The notes under the pieces: model-generated | Database searches by the model: none | Told to the model about the DNA's origin: nothing | What the model saw: only the letters and a program-made list of their open reading frames with translations | Position numbers and translations under genes: made by a program | NCBI GenBank assembly: GCA_017481575.1 | Contig: JAFUPA010000009.1 | Location: 5,058-69,057, forward strand | DNA from: Clostridia bacterium | Lineage (GTDB): Bacteria; Bacillota; Clostridia; Oscillospirales; Acutalibacteraceae | DNA: 64,000 bases | Direction of reading: 5' to 3' | Part shown: in pieces, positions 41,616 to 51,023 of the stretch | Layout: every line of letters starts with the position of its first letter | Numbering within the stretch: position 1 is the first letter of the stretch

Positions 41616-42439
41616 GTAAACTGTATGTTGTAGGTACACCTATAGGCAATCTCGGTGATTTTTCGCCACGGGCTGTTGAAACGCTCAATGAATGTGATTT
41701 TATTGCCGCAGAGGACACCAGAGTTACCCTTAAACTGTTAAACCATTTTGGTATTAAAAAGAATATGGTCAGCTACTTTGAACACAACCGCCGTGAGCGT
41801 GGTGAAATGATTGTTTCACGCATACTCTCGGGTGAAAGCTGCGCTCTTGTTACAGATGCAGGTATGCCTGCAATCTCTGACCCCGGTGAGGATTTGGTCA
41901 AGCTTTGCCACGAAAATGGTATTAAGGTTGAATCCGTACCCGGTCCGTGTGCTTTTACAACAGCACTTGCCTTGTCGGGAATGCCGTCGGGCAGGTTTAC
42001 GTTTGAGGGCTTTTTAAGTGTGAACAAGCCCAGTCGACGTGAGCATCTGGATTCTCTTGTAAGTGAAACAAGAACAATGCTTTTTTACGAAGCACCGCAT
42101 AAACTCGGTGCAACGCTTAAGGATATGTATTCAGCCTTCGGTGACCGTGAAATTGCTATTGTCAGAGAGATTACCAAAATCCATGAAGAGGTTATAAAAA
42201 CAACGCTTTCAAAGTCGGTTGAACTCTACGGTAACGGTGGTCTTAAGGGTGAAATTGTACTTGTTATCCATGGCGCTGAGCCGAAAGAAAAAGACGAAAT
42301 AATCACCTTTGAAGATGCAGTTGGACTTGCACGGAAGAGCGCTGAAAACGGCCTGTCGTTGAGCGATGCGGCAAAACAGGCGGCAAAAATTTCGGGCTTC
42401 AAAAAGGGCGATATTTATAAAAAGCTGATAGGAGAATAA
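41612..42439 (+). CDS. rsmI: 16S rRNA (cytidine1402-2'-O)-methyltransferase
   Basis: LYVVGTPIGNLGD and AEDTR motifs. GTG start overlaps the upstream stop. Confidence 0.92.
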   Translation: MSKLYVVGTPIGNLGDFSPRAVETLNECDFIAAEDTRVTLKLLNHFGIKKNMVSYFEHNRRERGEMIVSRILSGESCALVTDAGMPAISDPGEDLVKLCHENGIKVESVPGPCAFTTALALSGMPSGRFTFEGFLSVNKPSRREHLDSLVSETRTMLFYEAPHKLGATLKDMYSAFGDREIAIVREITKIHEEVIKTTLSKSVELYGNGGLKGEIVLVIHGAEPKEKDEIITFEDAVGLARKSAENGLSLSDAAKQAAKISGFKKGDIYKKLIGE

Positions 42440-42441
42440 CT

Positions 42442-43071
42442 ATGTTAGAATATATTTCACAGCACCCGATTGCAGGTGTAGCGTTAGTTTTGCTTGCAGT
42501 TCTGACTTTTTTTGTTTGTGTTAAGGCATTGCTTTCCGGCAAAAAGAGAAACGAAGAACGTGAAAAAATAATTGCTGATATTGAAAAAGAAAAAGCTTTG
42601 AGAAAAGAATTTAAATATGTTGACGCAACAACCTTTGCTGAAGGTAAGGATGATTACAGACTCATTACGGGAATGTGCGCTCATATTCAGCAGTTGATTG
42701 AGAAAAAAGAGGACATGACTGCCGCTTTTTTACTTCTTTCTCAAGCGAAAAAATATGTTTATGCCCTCGGCTATGTTTTTGAGGACAGCCGTAACGGACT
42801 TTCGGATTTTTTTCGTTCAAACGGCGAGCCTTTGCTTTCAACAGCCAATCAGGCAGTAAGCGAAATAATAGGCGGTCAGTTCGCAGAGATTTTTGCAAAA
42901 GAGTTTGTTATGCTCGACGAAAATGATGAAACCACATCTGTTGATAACGAAGCATTAAAGCGTATGGATGAGGACTTCAAAACCCTTATGGATGAAAACG
43001 GCAACAAAATTTATGCCTGTGTTGCAGACTTTATTCGATTAAATAAAAATGATTTCATTTCCGGTGTATAA
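42442..43071 (+). CDS. Membrane-anchored hypothetical protein
   Basis: N-terminal TM helix followed by a soluble helical domain. No firm family call. Confidence 0.6.
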   Translation: MLEYISQHPIAGVALVLLAVLTFFVCVKALLSGKKRNEEREKIIADIEKEKALRKEFKYVDATTFAEGKDDYRLITGMCAHIQQLIEKKEDMTAAFLLLSQAKKYVYALGYVFEDSRNGLSDFFRSNGEPLLSTANQAVSEIIGGQFAEIFAKEFVMLDENDETTSVDNEALKRMDEDFKTLMDENGNKIYACVADFIRLNKNDFISGV

Positions 43072-43075
43072 TTTC

Positions 43076-43108
43076 AAGCACTTCCTTTGCGGAGGTGCTT
43101 TTCTTTTG
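43076..43108 (+). terminator. Intrinsic terminator
   Basis: AAGCACTTCC-tttgc-GGAGGTGCTT followed by TTCTTTT. Confidence 0.7.
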
Positions 43109-43217
43109 AAAAAAGTACCATTTTCTTTGCATTTTCACTTTATTTTTATCACATTATATGTTATAATACGCACGTGTACATTTGATACATCAAAGAAAGC
43201 GAAAAGGAGCGGTTGTA

Positions 43218-45239
43218 ATGGCACATTTTATTTTCTCCGCATTCTGTGACGAATCAGGAGAAGCTACAATCGGCGGACAGATGTCTGCATGTAAAGCAAA
43301 CGGAATCACTCATATGGAGCTGAGAGGTTTCGGACCCGAACTTAATATCAATATTTTATCCGTAGCCGAGGCTAAGGAAATGAAAGCTGAGATTGACAAG
43401 GAAGGAATGAAGGTTTCTTCAATCGGTTCAGGTTACGGAAAAATTAACATAAAAGATGATTTTGAGCCTCATTTTGAAGCGTTCAAGAACACCGTTGAGG
43501 TTGCTAAAATTCTCGAGGCAAAGTATATCAGAATGTTCAGCTTCTACTTTGACGAGGGCGATGACTACGAAGCATACAGAGACGAAGTTATCCGCCGAGT
43601 AAAAGCAATGGTTGATTATGCAGATGAAAATGGACTTATCTGCTGTCACGAAAACGAAAAGGGTATTTACGGTGACACAGCAGAGCGTTGTTATGATGTT
43701 CTTAAAGCTTGTGACGGCAAGCTGAGAGCTGTTTTTGACCCTGCAAACTTTATTCAGTGCGGTGTTGATACAGTAAAAGCTTATGATTTGCTTGAAGAAT
43801 ATATTGAGTACTTCCACATTAAGGATGCACTTTACGACAGTGCAGAGGTTGTTCCTGCAGGTCAGGGTGACGGAAGACTTGTTGAAATTCTCAAGAAGTT
43901 TGATAAGCGTGAGCAGGTTGCAGTTCTTTCTCTTGAGCCCCACCTCAAGGTCTTTGACGGACTGTCAAATCTTGAAACAGACAATGAAACCGCAAATGCA
44001 ATGAAGGTTCATACTTATGCAACTCATGCAGAATCCTTCAAGGCTGCGGCAGATGCTATGCACGCTGTTGCAGAGGAGGTTCAGCCTATTCGCTTCGGTA
44101 TCATCGGTATGGGTAATATGGGTACTGCTCACGCACGTAATTTTCTTAGAGGTGATGTCAGAGAGTTGCGCATAACTGCAGTTGCTGATATCGTTCCCGA
44201 AAAACTCGAGTGGGCAAAGGAAAATCTTCCTTGGGCAAAGAGATACAACTCTGCAACCGAGCTCATTGAAAGCGGCGAGGTTGATGCTGTTATCATCTGT
44301 GTACCGCATTACTTCCATCCGCCCCTTGTTATTGAAGCACTCAAAAACGGACTTCACGCAGTTTCAGAAAAGCCTGCAGGTGTTTATACAAAGCAGGTAC
44401 GTGAAATGAATGAGTTTGCTGCAAAGCAGGACAAAACCTTTGCAATGATGTTTAACCAGAGAACAAACTGCGTTTACAGAAAAATTAAAGAAATTGTTGA
44501 CAGTAAAGAATACGGCGACATCCGTCGTGTAAACTGGATTATCACAGACTGGTACCGTACACAGGCATATTATAATTCAGGTGGATGGCGTGCAACATGG
44601 GTCGGTGAAGGCGGCGGTGTTCTTCTCAACCAGTCACCGCATCAGCTCGACCTCTGGCAGTGGATTTGCGGTATGCCGTCAAAAATCCGTGCTTTCTGTC
44701 ACGAAGGTAAGTGGCACGATATCGAGGTTGAGGATGATGTAACAATTTACGCCGAATATCCTAACGGAGCTACAGGTGTATTTATAACAACAACTGGTGA
44801 TTATCCGGGCTCTAACCGTCTTGAAATTACAATGGACAAAGCAAAGCTTGTCTGTGAAAACGGCAAAGAAATTACTCTTTATGAGCTTGGGGAATCACTT
44901 TCCGAAAATATTGCAAACTGTGAGCAAGGCTTCACAAAGATTGATGTAAGTTCTTCAAAAGTTGAGACTGACGGCAGAAATGACCAGCACACAGGTGTTC
45001 TCAACGCATTCGCTGACCACATTCTTTTTGGCTCTCCGCTTGTTGCAAACGGTGAAGAGGGAATAAAAGGTCTTATGATTTCAAATGCCGCTCATTACTC
45101 AAGCTGGACAGGTGAAACAGTTGAACTTCCGATTGATGAAGAAAAATACTACGAGCTTCTTATGCAGAAGGTTGCTTCATCAAAAGCAAAGGAAGATGTA
45201 GTATCGGCTGTTAACGAGGATATGAGCAGTACATATTAA
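43218..45239 (+). CDS. Fusion protein: xylose-isomerase-like TIM-barrel (sugar phosphate isomerase/epimerase family) + Gfo/Idh/MocA oxidoreductase
   Basis: 673 aa from ATG 43218 (RBS AAAGGAG). The N-domain has the metal-ligand series HENE, DPANF, HIKD and LEPH. From about nt 44080 there is a Rossmann fold (IRFGIIGMGNMG) and the EKP motif (SEKPAG). Confidence 0.8.
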   Translation: MAHFIFSAFCDESGEATIGGQMSACKANGITHMELRGFGPELNINILSVAEAKEMKAEIDKEGMKVSSIGSGYGKINIKDDFEPHFEAFKNTVEVAKILEAKYIRMFSFYFDEGDDYEAYRDEVIRRVKAMVDYADENGLICCHENEKGIYGDTAERCYDVLKACDGKLRAVFDPANFIQCGVDTVKAYDLLEEYIEYFHIKDALYDSAEVVPAGQGDGRLVEILKKFDKREQVAVLSLEPHLKVFDGLSNLETDNETANAMKVHTYATHAESFKAAADAMHAVAEEVQPIRFGIIGMGNMGTAHARNFLRGDVRELRITAVADIVPEKLEWAKENLPWAKRYNSATELIESGEVDAVIICVPHYFHPPLVIEALKNGLHAVSEKPAGVYTKQVREMNEFAAKQDKTFAMMFNQRTNCVYRKIKEIVDSKEYGDIRRVNWIITDWYRTQAYYNSGGWRATWVGEGGGVLLNQSPHQLDLWQWICGMPSKIRAFCHEGKWHDIEVEDDVTIYAEYPNGATGVFITTTGDYPGSNRLEITMDKAKLVCENGKEITLYELGESLSENIANCEQGFTKIDVSSSKVETDGRNDQHTGVLNAFADHILFGSPLVANGEEGIKGLMISNAAHYSSWTGETVELPIDEEKYYELLMQKVASSKAKEDVVSAVNEDMSSTY

Positions 45240-45257
45240 GTCTGGCAGGGGTTTGTT

Positions 45258-46271
45258 ATGAGAGTTTCGGTTGTTGGATGCGGTGGCGTATCCAAAAGTC
45301 ATCTGAAAGCTTTAAGCGAAATAGAATCAATAACGATTTCCTCGGTTGTGGACATTGTAAAAGAAAAAGCTGATGATGCGGCTCGACAGTATAGCTGTAC
45401 GGCGTATTACGATTTTGATACAATGCTTGAGGAGGATAAGCCTGATTGTGTGCATATCTGCACACCGCACTATCTTCACGTGCCGATGTCGGTTAAAGCA
45501 TTGACACGAGGTATTCATGTGTTGTGTGAGAAGCCGTGTGCAATTTCTTCTGAAGGACTTTCACAGCTTCGCTTGGCTCAGCTTATGAGTGAAGCAAAAT
45601 TCGGAGTATGTTTTCAGAACAGATATAATGAATCGGCTTTATTGGTAAAGGATATTATCAAAAAAGAAACTTACGGCAAAGTAACTTCTGCGAGAGCATG
45701 TGTTCATTGGGAACGTGATGAAGATTATTACAGCGATGACTGGCATGGTACTCTAAAAAAAGAGGGTGGCGGTGTAGTTGTTAATCAGGCAATACATACG
45801 CAGGACTTGTTGAGATACCTTATCGGTAAAAACGTAAAGGCTGTTACGGCTCACGTTTTTAACGACCACCTTAAAGGTGTTATTGAGGTTGAAGATACTG
45901 TTTATGCTTTGTTTGACTATGACGACGGAACAAGAGCGGTTTATAATGCAACTACTGCTTTTTCTACCAATCTTCCCGTTCTTATAGATATCTTCTGTGA
46001 AGAAGCAACTCTGCGTATTGAAGGTAATAACGCATATGTTATTAAAGACGGAAATACACAGCAGCTTCATCTGGCAGATAATACAGGCTTTGTCGGTAAA
46101 AACTATTGGGGTAAGGGTCACGCTTCACTTATTCGTGATTTTTACGATTGCATAGAAAACGATTGCAAATTTCCGATAGATGCTGTTGAAGGCGGTAAAG
46201 CCGTTGAAGAATTTTTAGCAATTTTTAAATCTTCCGAGAGCGGAGAAAAATTTTATTTAAAAAAGGATTGA
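45258..46271 (+). CDS. Gfo/Idh/MocA family oxidoreductase
   Basis: VSVVGCGGVS Rossmann fold and the CEKP motif. Confidence 0.85.
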   Translation: MRVSVVGCGGVSKSHLKALSEIESITISSVVDIVKEKADDAARQYSCTAYYDFDTMLEEDKPDCVHICTPHYLHVPMSVKALTRGIHVLCEKPCAISSEGLSQLRLAQLMSEAKFGVCFQNRYNESALLVKDIIKKETYGKVTSARACVHWERDEDYYSDDWHGTLKKEGGGVVVNQAIHTQDLLRYLIGKNVKAVTAHVFNDHLKGVIEVEDTVYALFDYDDGTRAVYNATTAFSTNLPVLIDIFCEEATLRIEGNNAYVIKDGNTQQLHLADNTGFVGKNYWGKGHASLIRDFYDCIENDCKFPIDAVEGGKAVEEFLAIFKSSESGEKFYLKKD

Positions 46272-46275
46272 TCTT

Positions 46276-47349
46276 ATGCAAATGACAATGAGATGGTTCG
46301 GTAAGGAAAAGGATACTGTTTCACTTGAACAGATCCGTCAGGTGCCGGGCGTTGTCGGCGTTATTCCTGCACTTCATGCTTTGCCGGCAGGCGAGGCATG
46401 GCCTCTTGATATGATTATGGATATGAAAAAAGAGATTGAGGATGCAGGTCTTACTATGGAGTGTATTGAAAGTGTTAATGTCCACGAGGACATTAAGCTT
46501 GGTGCTCCGACAGCGGACAAGTATATCGAAAACTACAAAACCAGCATCAGAAATCTCGCAAAAGCAGGAGTAAAGGTTATTTGCTATAATTTTATGCCTG
46601 TTTTTGACTGGACAAGAACTGACCTTGCTATGGATATGGGTAACGGTGCAACTTGTCTGAGTTATAACGGTGTTCAGGTTGAAGGCAAAAGTCCTGAAGA
46701 TATGTTCAGAGAGATTGACGACAATTCAAACGGTTATGCAATGCCCGGTTGGGAGACCGAGCGTATGGGCGAAATCAAGGAACTTTTTGAAAAGTATAAG
46801 AACATCACGGCTGACGATATGTGGAAAAATCTTAAGCACTTCCTTGAAGAGATTATCCCCGTTTGTGAGGAATGTGATGTAAAAATGGCTATTCATCCGG
46901 ATGATCCGCCGTGGGATATTTTCGGACTTCCGAGAATTATCAAGAATATTGAAGATATCAGAAAATTCTTGAAGCTTGTTGATTCTCCTTGCAACGGTCT
47001 GACGTTCTGTACAGGCTCACTTGGTGCAAGCGCAAAGAACGACCTTCCCGCAATGATTCGTGAGGTTGGCGACAGAATATATTTTGCACATTTGAGAAAT
47101 GTTAAAATCCGTGAAAGCTGGTTTAACGAAACCGCTCATCTTTCGTCGGACGGTTCGCTTGATATGTACGAAATCGTCAAGGCTTTGCAGGATGCAGGCT
47201 TTGACGGTTATATAAGACCTGATCACGGCAGAATGATCTGGGGAGAGGTTGCCAGACCCGGTTACGGACTTTATGATCGTGCTTTGGGTGCAGCTTATCT
47301 CAACGGTCTTTGGGAAGCCGTTGAAAAATCAAATAAAACGGAGGCATAA
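46276..47349 (+). CDS. uxuA: Mannonate dehydratase
   Basis: MTMRWFG N-terminus and UxuA-like sequence throughout, 357 aa. Confidence 0.88.
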   Translation: MQMTMRWFGKEKDTVSLEQIRQVPGVVGVIPALHALPAGEAWPLDMIMDMKKEIEDAGLTMECIESVNVHEDIKLGAPTADKYIENYKTSIRNLAKAGVKVICYNFMPVFDWTRTDLAMDMGNGATCLSYNGVQVEGKSPEDMFREIDDNSNGYAMPGWETERMGEIKELFEKYKNITADDMWKNLKHFLEEIIPVCEECDVKMAIHPDDPPWDIFGLPRIIKNIEDIRKFLKLVDSPCNGLTFCTGSLGASAKNDLPAMIREVGDRIYFAHLRNVKIRESWFNETAHLSSDGSLDMYEIVKALQDAGFDGYIRPDHGRMIWGEVARPGYGLYDRALGAAYLNGLWEAVEKSNKTEA

Positions 47350-47351
47350 TT

Positions 47352-48203
47352 ATGACAGAGCATAAAAGTCTTAAGGGTAAGGTAGCCGTAATCACAGGCG
47401 GCGGCGGAGTGCTTTGCTCGGGTTTTGCAAAGACACTTGCACAGCAGGGTGTCAAGGTTGCTGTACTTGATTTGAACGAAGCATCAGCACAGGCTGTTGC
47501 AGATGAAATTAACGCTGACGGCGGTACAGCTATTGCAGTTGGCTGTAATGTACTTGAAACCGAAAGTATGCAGAAGGCAAGAGATATAATTGCTGAAAAA
47601 CTCGGCACTTGCGATATTCTTCTTAACGGTGCAGGCGGCAACAACCCGAAGGGCACAACAACGAAAGAAACTCTTGAGAAAATCGACCTTTTGGAAAAGG
47701 ATGAAAATGTTAAGACTTTCTTTGATCTTGATCCGCAGGGTATTTCGTTTGTATTTAATCTTAACTTCCTCGGAACACTTATTCCTACACAGGTGTTTGC
47801 ACGTGATATGGCAATGAAAGAGGATAGCTGCATTATTATGGTTACTTCAATGAATGCTTTCCGTCCTCTCACAAAGATTCCTGCTTACTCAGCTGCAAAG
47901 GCTGCAGTTGCAAACTTTACACAGTTTATGGCTGTTCATTTTGCTGAAATGGGTATTCGTGTCAATGCGATTGCTCCGGGCTTCTTCTCAACACAGCAGA
48001 ACAAAACTCTTCTCTGGAATGAAGACGGCACACCTACAGCAAGAACGGGCAAAATCCTTGCAGCAACACCGATGGGACGCTTTGGTGAGCCTGAAGAGCT
48101 TTCAGGTGCTTTACTGTTCCTTTGTGATAAGGAGTATTCGGGCTTTGTTACTGGCACAACCATTGCTGTTGACGGTGGTTTTAATGCATATTCGGGTGTA
48201 TAA
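47352..48203 (+). CDS. SDR-family oxidoreductase (short-chain D-mannonate/fructuronate oxidoreductase-like)
   Basis: TGGGGVLC glycine motif and a YSAAK catalytic tetrad. Adjacent to uxuA. Confidence 0.75.
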   Translation: MTEHKSLKGKVAVITGGGGVLCSGFAKTLAQQGVKVAVLDLNEASAQAVADEINADGGTAIAVGCNVLETESMQKARDIIAEKLGTCDILLNGAGGNNPKGTTTKETLEKIDLLEKDENVKTFFDLDPQGISFVFNLNFLGTLIPTQVFARDMAMKEDSCIIMVTSMNAFRPLTKIPAYSAAKAAVANFTQFMAVHFAEMGIRVNAIAPGFFSTQQNKTLLWNEDGTPTARTGKILAATPMGRFGEPEELSGALLFLCDKEYSGFVTGTTIAVDGGFNAYSGV

Positions 48204-48228
48204 AATTAAACTGAATTGAGGTGGCGAT

Positions 48229-49236
48229 ATGTCTGCTCTGGTCAGTATAATTATTCCTGTGTATAATCTTGAAGATTATATCGGAAACTGTCTGGAAAAG
48301 CTATTATGTCAGACATATAAGAATTTAGAAATTTTGTGTATTGACGACGGCAGTACGGATTCTTCGGAACAAAAGATAAAAAACTTTGCCGAGAAAGACC
48401 AACGCATTATATACATTCATCAGGCAAATGCAGGCGTTTCAGCCGCCCGTAATAAAGGTCTTGAAACAGCTACAGGCGAGTACGTTATGTTTGTAGACGG
48501 TGATGATTATCTTCATTATCAAGCTGTTGAGACACTGGTTGACTGCATATCTCATAATAATACCGATATGGTTTGTGCTCATCATACTTATACAAATACA
48601 TTAGATTCAGAAATGTTTCCTATAGTGGACAGTAAATGTAAAAGTGTTTCGCACAATGAATTGTTTAAAACTGTTAACGGAAATGTAATCGGTAAATCGT
48701 CTTGTGCAAAACTTATCAAAAAGGAAATTGCTTTAAAAGCAAGGTTTCCTGTAGGGATATCTAATGGTGAGGACGCTAATTATGTTGTTCGGCTTCTCGC
48801 ACTTGGCATTAATGTAAGTATTGCTGATATTACACTTTATTATTATTACACAAGAGAAAATTCATGCGTAACATCACAGTTCACAAAATCAAAGTTTTCC
48901 ATAACTCTTTCTTTTGATGATTTATGCGATTTTTTAAAAGATACTGAATACACTTTTTTGCGTGGTTATTGTCTCCAATATCTTTTTCAGACAATTTTTT
49001 ATAATAGAACCATGGCAATTGGTACGGATGCAGAAGAATATGTTTTGGCCGAAAGCCGAAGAATCGGCAAAAAGTGGCTGAAACCTTTTGTTAAGTGTAA
49101 AGATATTGATATAAAAATCAGGATGATTTTTATTTTATTCTTTTATTCTCGTAGGTTTTACGAACTTGCCCGAATGATACAAGACCCCACAATGAAAGAT
49201 TTTTATAAAAACAGAAAAGCTAACAGAAAGGACTGA
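48229..49236 (+). CDS. Family 2 glycosyltransferase
   Basis: VSIIIPVYNLEDYI...IDDGSTDSS...FVDGDD motifs. Markedly AT-richer than the flanking genes. Confidence 0.8.
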   Translation: MSALVSIIIPVYNLEDYIGNCLEKLLCQTYKNLEILCIDDGSTDSSEQKIKNFAEKDQRIIYIHQANAGVSAARNKGLETATGEYVMFVDGDDYLHYQAVETLVDCISHNNTDMVCAHHTYTNTLDSEMFPIVDSKCKSVSHNELFKTVNGNVIGKSSCAKLIKKEIALKARFPVGISNGEDANYVVRLLALGINVSIADITLYYYYTRENSCVTSQFTKSKFSITLSFDDLCDFLKDTEYTFLRGYCLQYLFQTIFYNRTMAIGTDAEEYVLAESRRIGKKWLKPFVKCKDIDIKIRMIFILFFYSRRFYELARMIQDPTMKDFYKNRKANRKD

Positions 49237-49274
49237 TTTCAATGGATATTAAGTTAAGACCTCAGGAGGAATGT

Positions 49275-50339
49275 ATGTTTGACATGATTTCCCTCGGTGA
49301 AGTTATGCTCAGACTTGATCCCGGCGATTCAAGAATTAAAACAGCCAGAAGCTTCCGTGTATGGGAAGGCGGCGGTGAATATAACGTTGCAAGAGGACTT
49401 CGTCGTTGTTTCGGACTTAAAACTGCAATCGTCACAGCACTTGCTGACAATGAAATCGGACGCTTGGTTGAGGATTTTATGTTTCAGGGCGGTGTTGATA
49501 CCTCACTTGTTAAGTGGTCAAAATACGACGGTATAGGAAGAACTGTAAGAAACGGTTTGAACTTTACTGAACGTGGATACGGAATCAGAGGTGCTGTCGG
49601 CGTTTCTGACCGTGGCAATACAGCTGCTTCACAGCTCAAATCGGGCGATATTGACTGGGATTACATTTTTGGAACTCTTGGTGTAAGATGGCTTCATACA
49701 GGCGGTATTTTTGCCGCCCTTTCCGACACAACCGCAGAGGTTGTAATTGAGGCTGTTAAGGCCGCTAAAAAATACGGTACAATTGTTTCTTATGACCTTA
49801 ATTACCGTCCGTCACTCTGGAAGGATATCGGCGGTAAAGAGAAGGCACAGCAGGTAAACAAGGAAATTGCAAAGTACATTGACGTTATGATAGGTAACGA
49901 AGAGGACTTTACAGCTTGTCTCGGACTTGAGGTTGAGGGAAATGACGAAAATCTTAAGGAGCTTAATCTTGACGGTTACTTCAAAATGATTGAAAACGCT
50001 GTTAAGGTATATCCTAATTTTAAGGTAATTGCTACAACTCTTCGTACAGTTAAAACTGCAACAGTAAACGACTGGAGTGCTATTTGTTGGGCAGACGGTA
50101 AGATAAACAAGGGCATGGAGCTTCCGGGTCTTGAAATTTATGACCGTGTCGGCGGCGGAGACAGCTTCGCTTCAGGTCTAATTTACGGTCTTATGACAAC
50201 AGGTGATGCACAGACAGCCGTCAATTACGGTGTTGCTCACGGTGCATTGGCAATGACAACACCCGGTGATACTTCAATGGCAAGTAAGACAGAAGTTGAA
50301 AGAATTGTCAGCGGTGCCGGCGCAAGAGTTCAGAGATAA
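49275..50339 (+). CDS. kdgK: 2-dehydro-3-deoxygluconokinase (PfkB family)
   Basis: MISLGEVMLRLDPGD N-terminus and the GGGDSFASG ATP motif. ATG 49275 (5 nt after AGGAGG) preferred; ATG 49242 is also possible. Confidence 0.82.
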   Translation: MFDMISLGEVMLRLDPGDSRIKTARSFRVWEGGGEYNVARGLRRCFGLKTAIVTALADNEIGRLVEDFMFQGGVDTSLVKWSKYDGIGRTVRNGLNFTERGYGIRGAVGVSDRGNTAASQLKSGDIDWDYIFGTLGVRWLHTGGIFAALSDTTAEVVIEAVKAAKKYGTIVSYDLNYRPSLWKDIGGKEKAQQVNKEIAKYIDVMIGNEEDFTACLGLEVEGNDENLKELNLDGYFKMIENAVKVYPNFKVIATTLRTVKTATVNDWSAICWADGKINKGMELPGLEIYDRVGGGDSFASGLIYGLMTTGDAQTAVNYGVAHGALAMTTPGDTSMASKTEVERIVSGAGARVQR

Positions 50340-50351
50340 GGAGATTTTATA

Positions 50352-51002
50352 ATGGATAAAGAAAGAATTTTAACCAGAATTCAGGACTGCGGTATCGTTG
50401 CCGTTGTACGTGCTGAAAGTACAGATAAAGCAGAGCGTATTGTTGACGCTTGTATGGAAGGCGGAGTAGCCGCTATTGAGCTTACTTTTACAGTTCCTCA
50501 TGCTGACAAGGTTATTGAAGAGCTTGCAAAGAAGTATGATGAGAATGATATTATTCTTGGTGCAGGAACAGTTATGGATGCTGCCACAGCACGTATTGCT
50601 ATGCTCAGCGGTGCACAGTATATAGTAAGCCCTTATCTTGACCTTGAAACACTCAAGATGTGTAACCGTTACCGTGTTGCAATGATGCCGGGAATTATGA
50701 CGGTTCGTGAAGGTGTTATGGCAATGGAACATGGTGCAGATATTCTTAAGGTATTCCCCGGCGACCTTTACGGCCCGAAGATTATCAAGGATATCAGAGG
50801 TCCTATACCTTATGCTAAAATGATGCCCACGGGCGGTGTCGATGTAAATAATGTCGGCGAGTGGATAAAGGCAGGTGCTGTTGCTGTTGGTGCAGGTTCA
50901 TCACTTACAGCAGGTGCTAAAACGGGTGATTACAAAAAGATTACCGAAACAGCAAAGCAGTTTGTTGCAAACATTCAGGCAGCTCGTGCTGAACTCAAAT
51001 AA
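50352..51002 (+). CDS. eda: KDPG / 4-hydroxy-2-oxoglutarate aldolase
   Basis: 216 aa. Motifs IVAVVRA...GGVAAIELTF...KVFPG. Confidence 0.88.
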   Translation: MDKERILTRIQDCGIVAVVRAESTDKAERIVDACMEGGVAAIELTFTVPHADKVIEELAKKYDENDIILGAGTVMDAATARIAMLSGAQYIVSPYLDLETLKMCNRYRVAMMPGIMTVREGVMAMEHGADILKVFPGDLYGPKIIKDIRGPIPYAKMMPTGGVDVNNVGEWIKAGAVAVGAGSSLTAGAKTGDYKKITETAKQFVANIQAARAELK

Positions 51003-51023
51003 TTATTATCCAGAGGTATTACT

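Noticed and set aside
43171-43193. Small palindromes (CACGTG, TGTACA, TTGAT-ac-ATCAA) between the -10 box and RBS of the fusion gene as a cre site or operator
   Set aside because: They do not match the cre consensus (there is no central CG core). They are too short to distinguish from chance in AT-rich DNA, and no regulator gene is adjacent.
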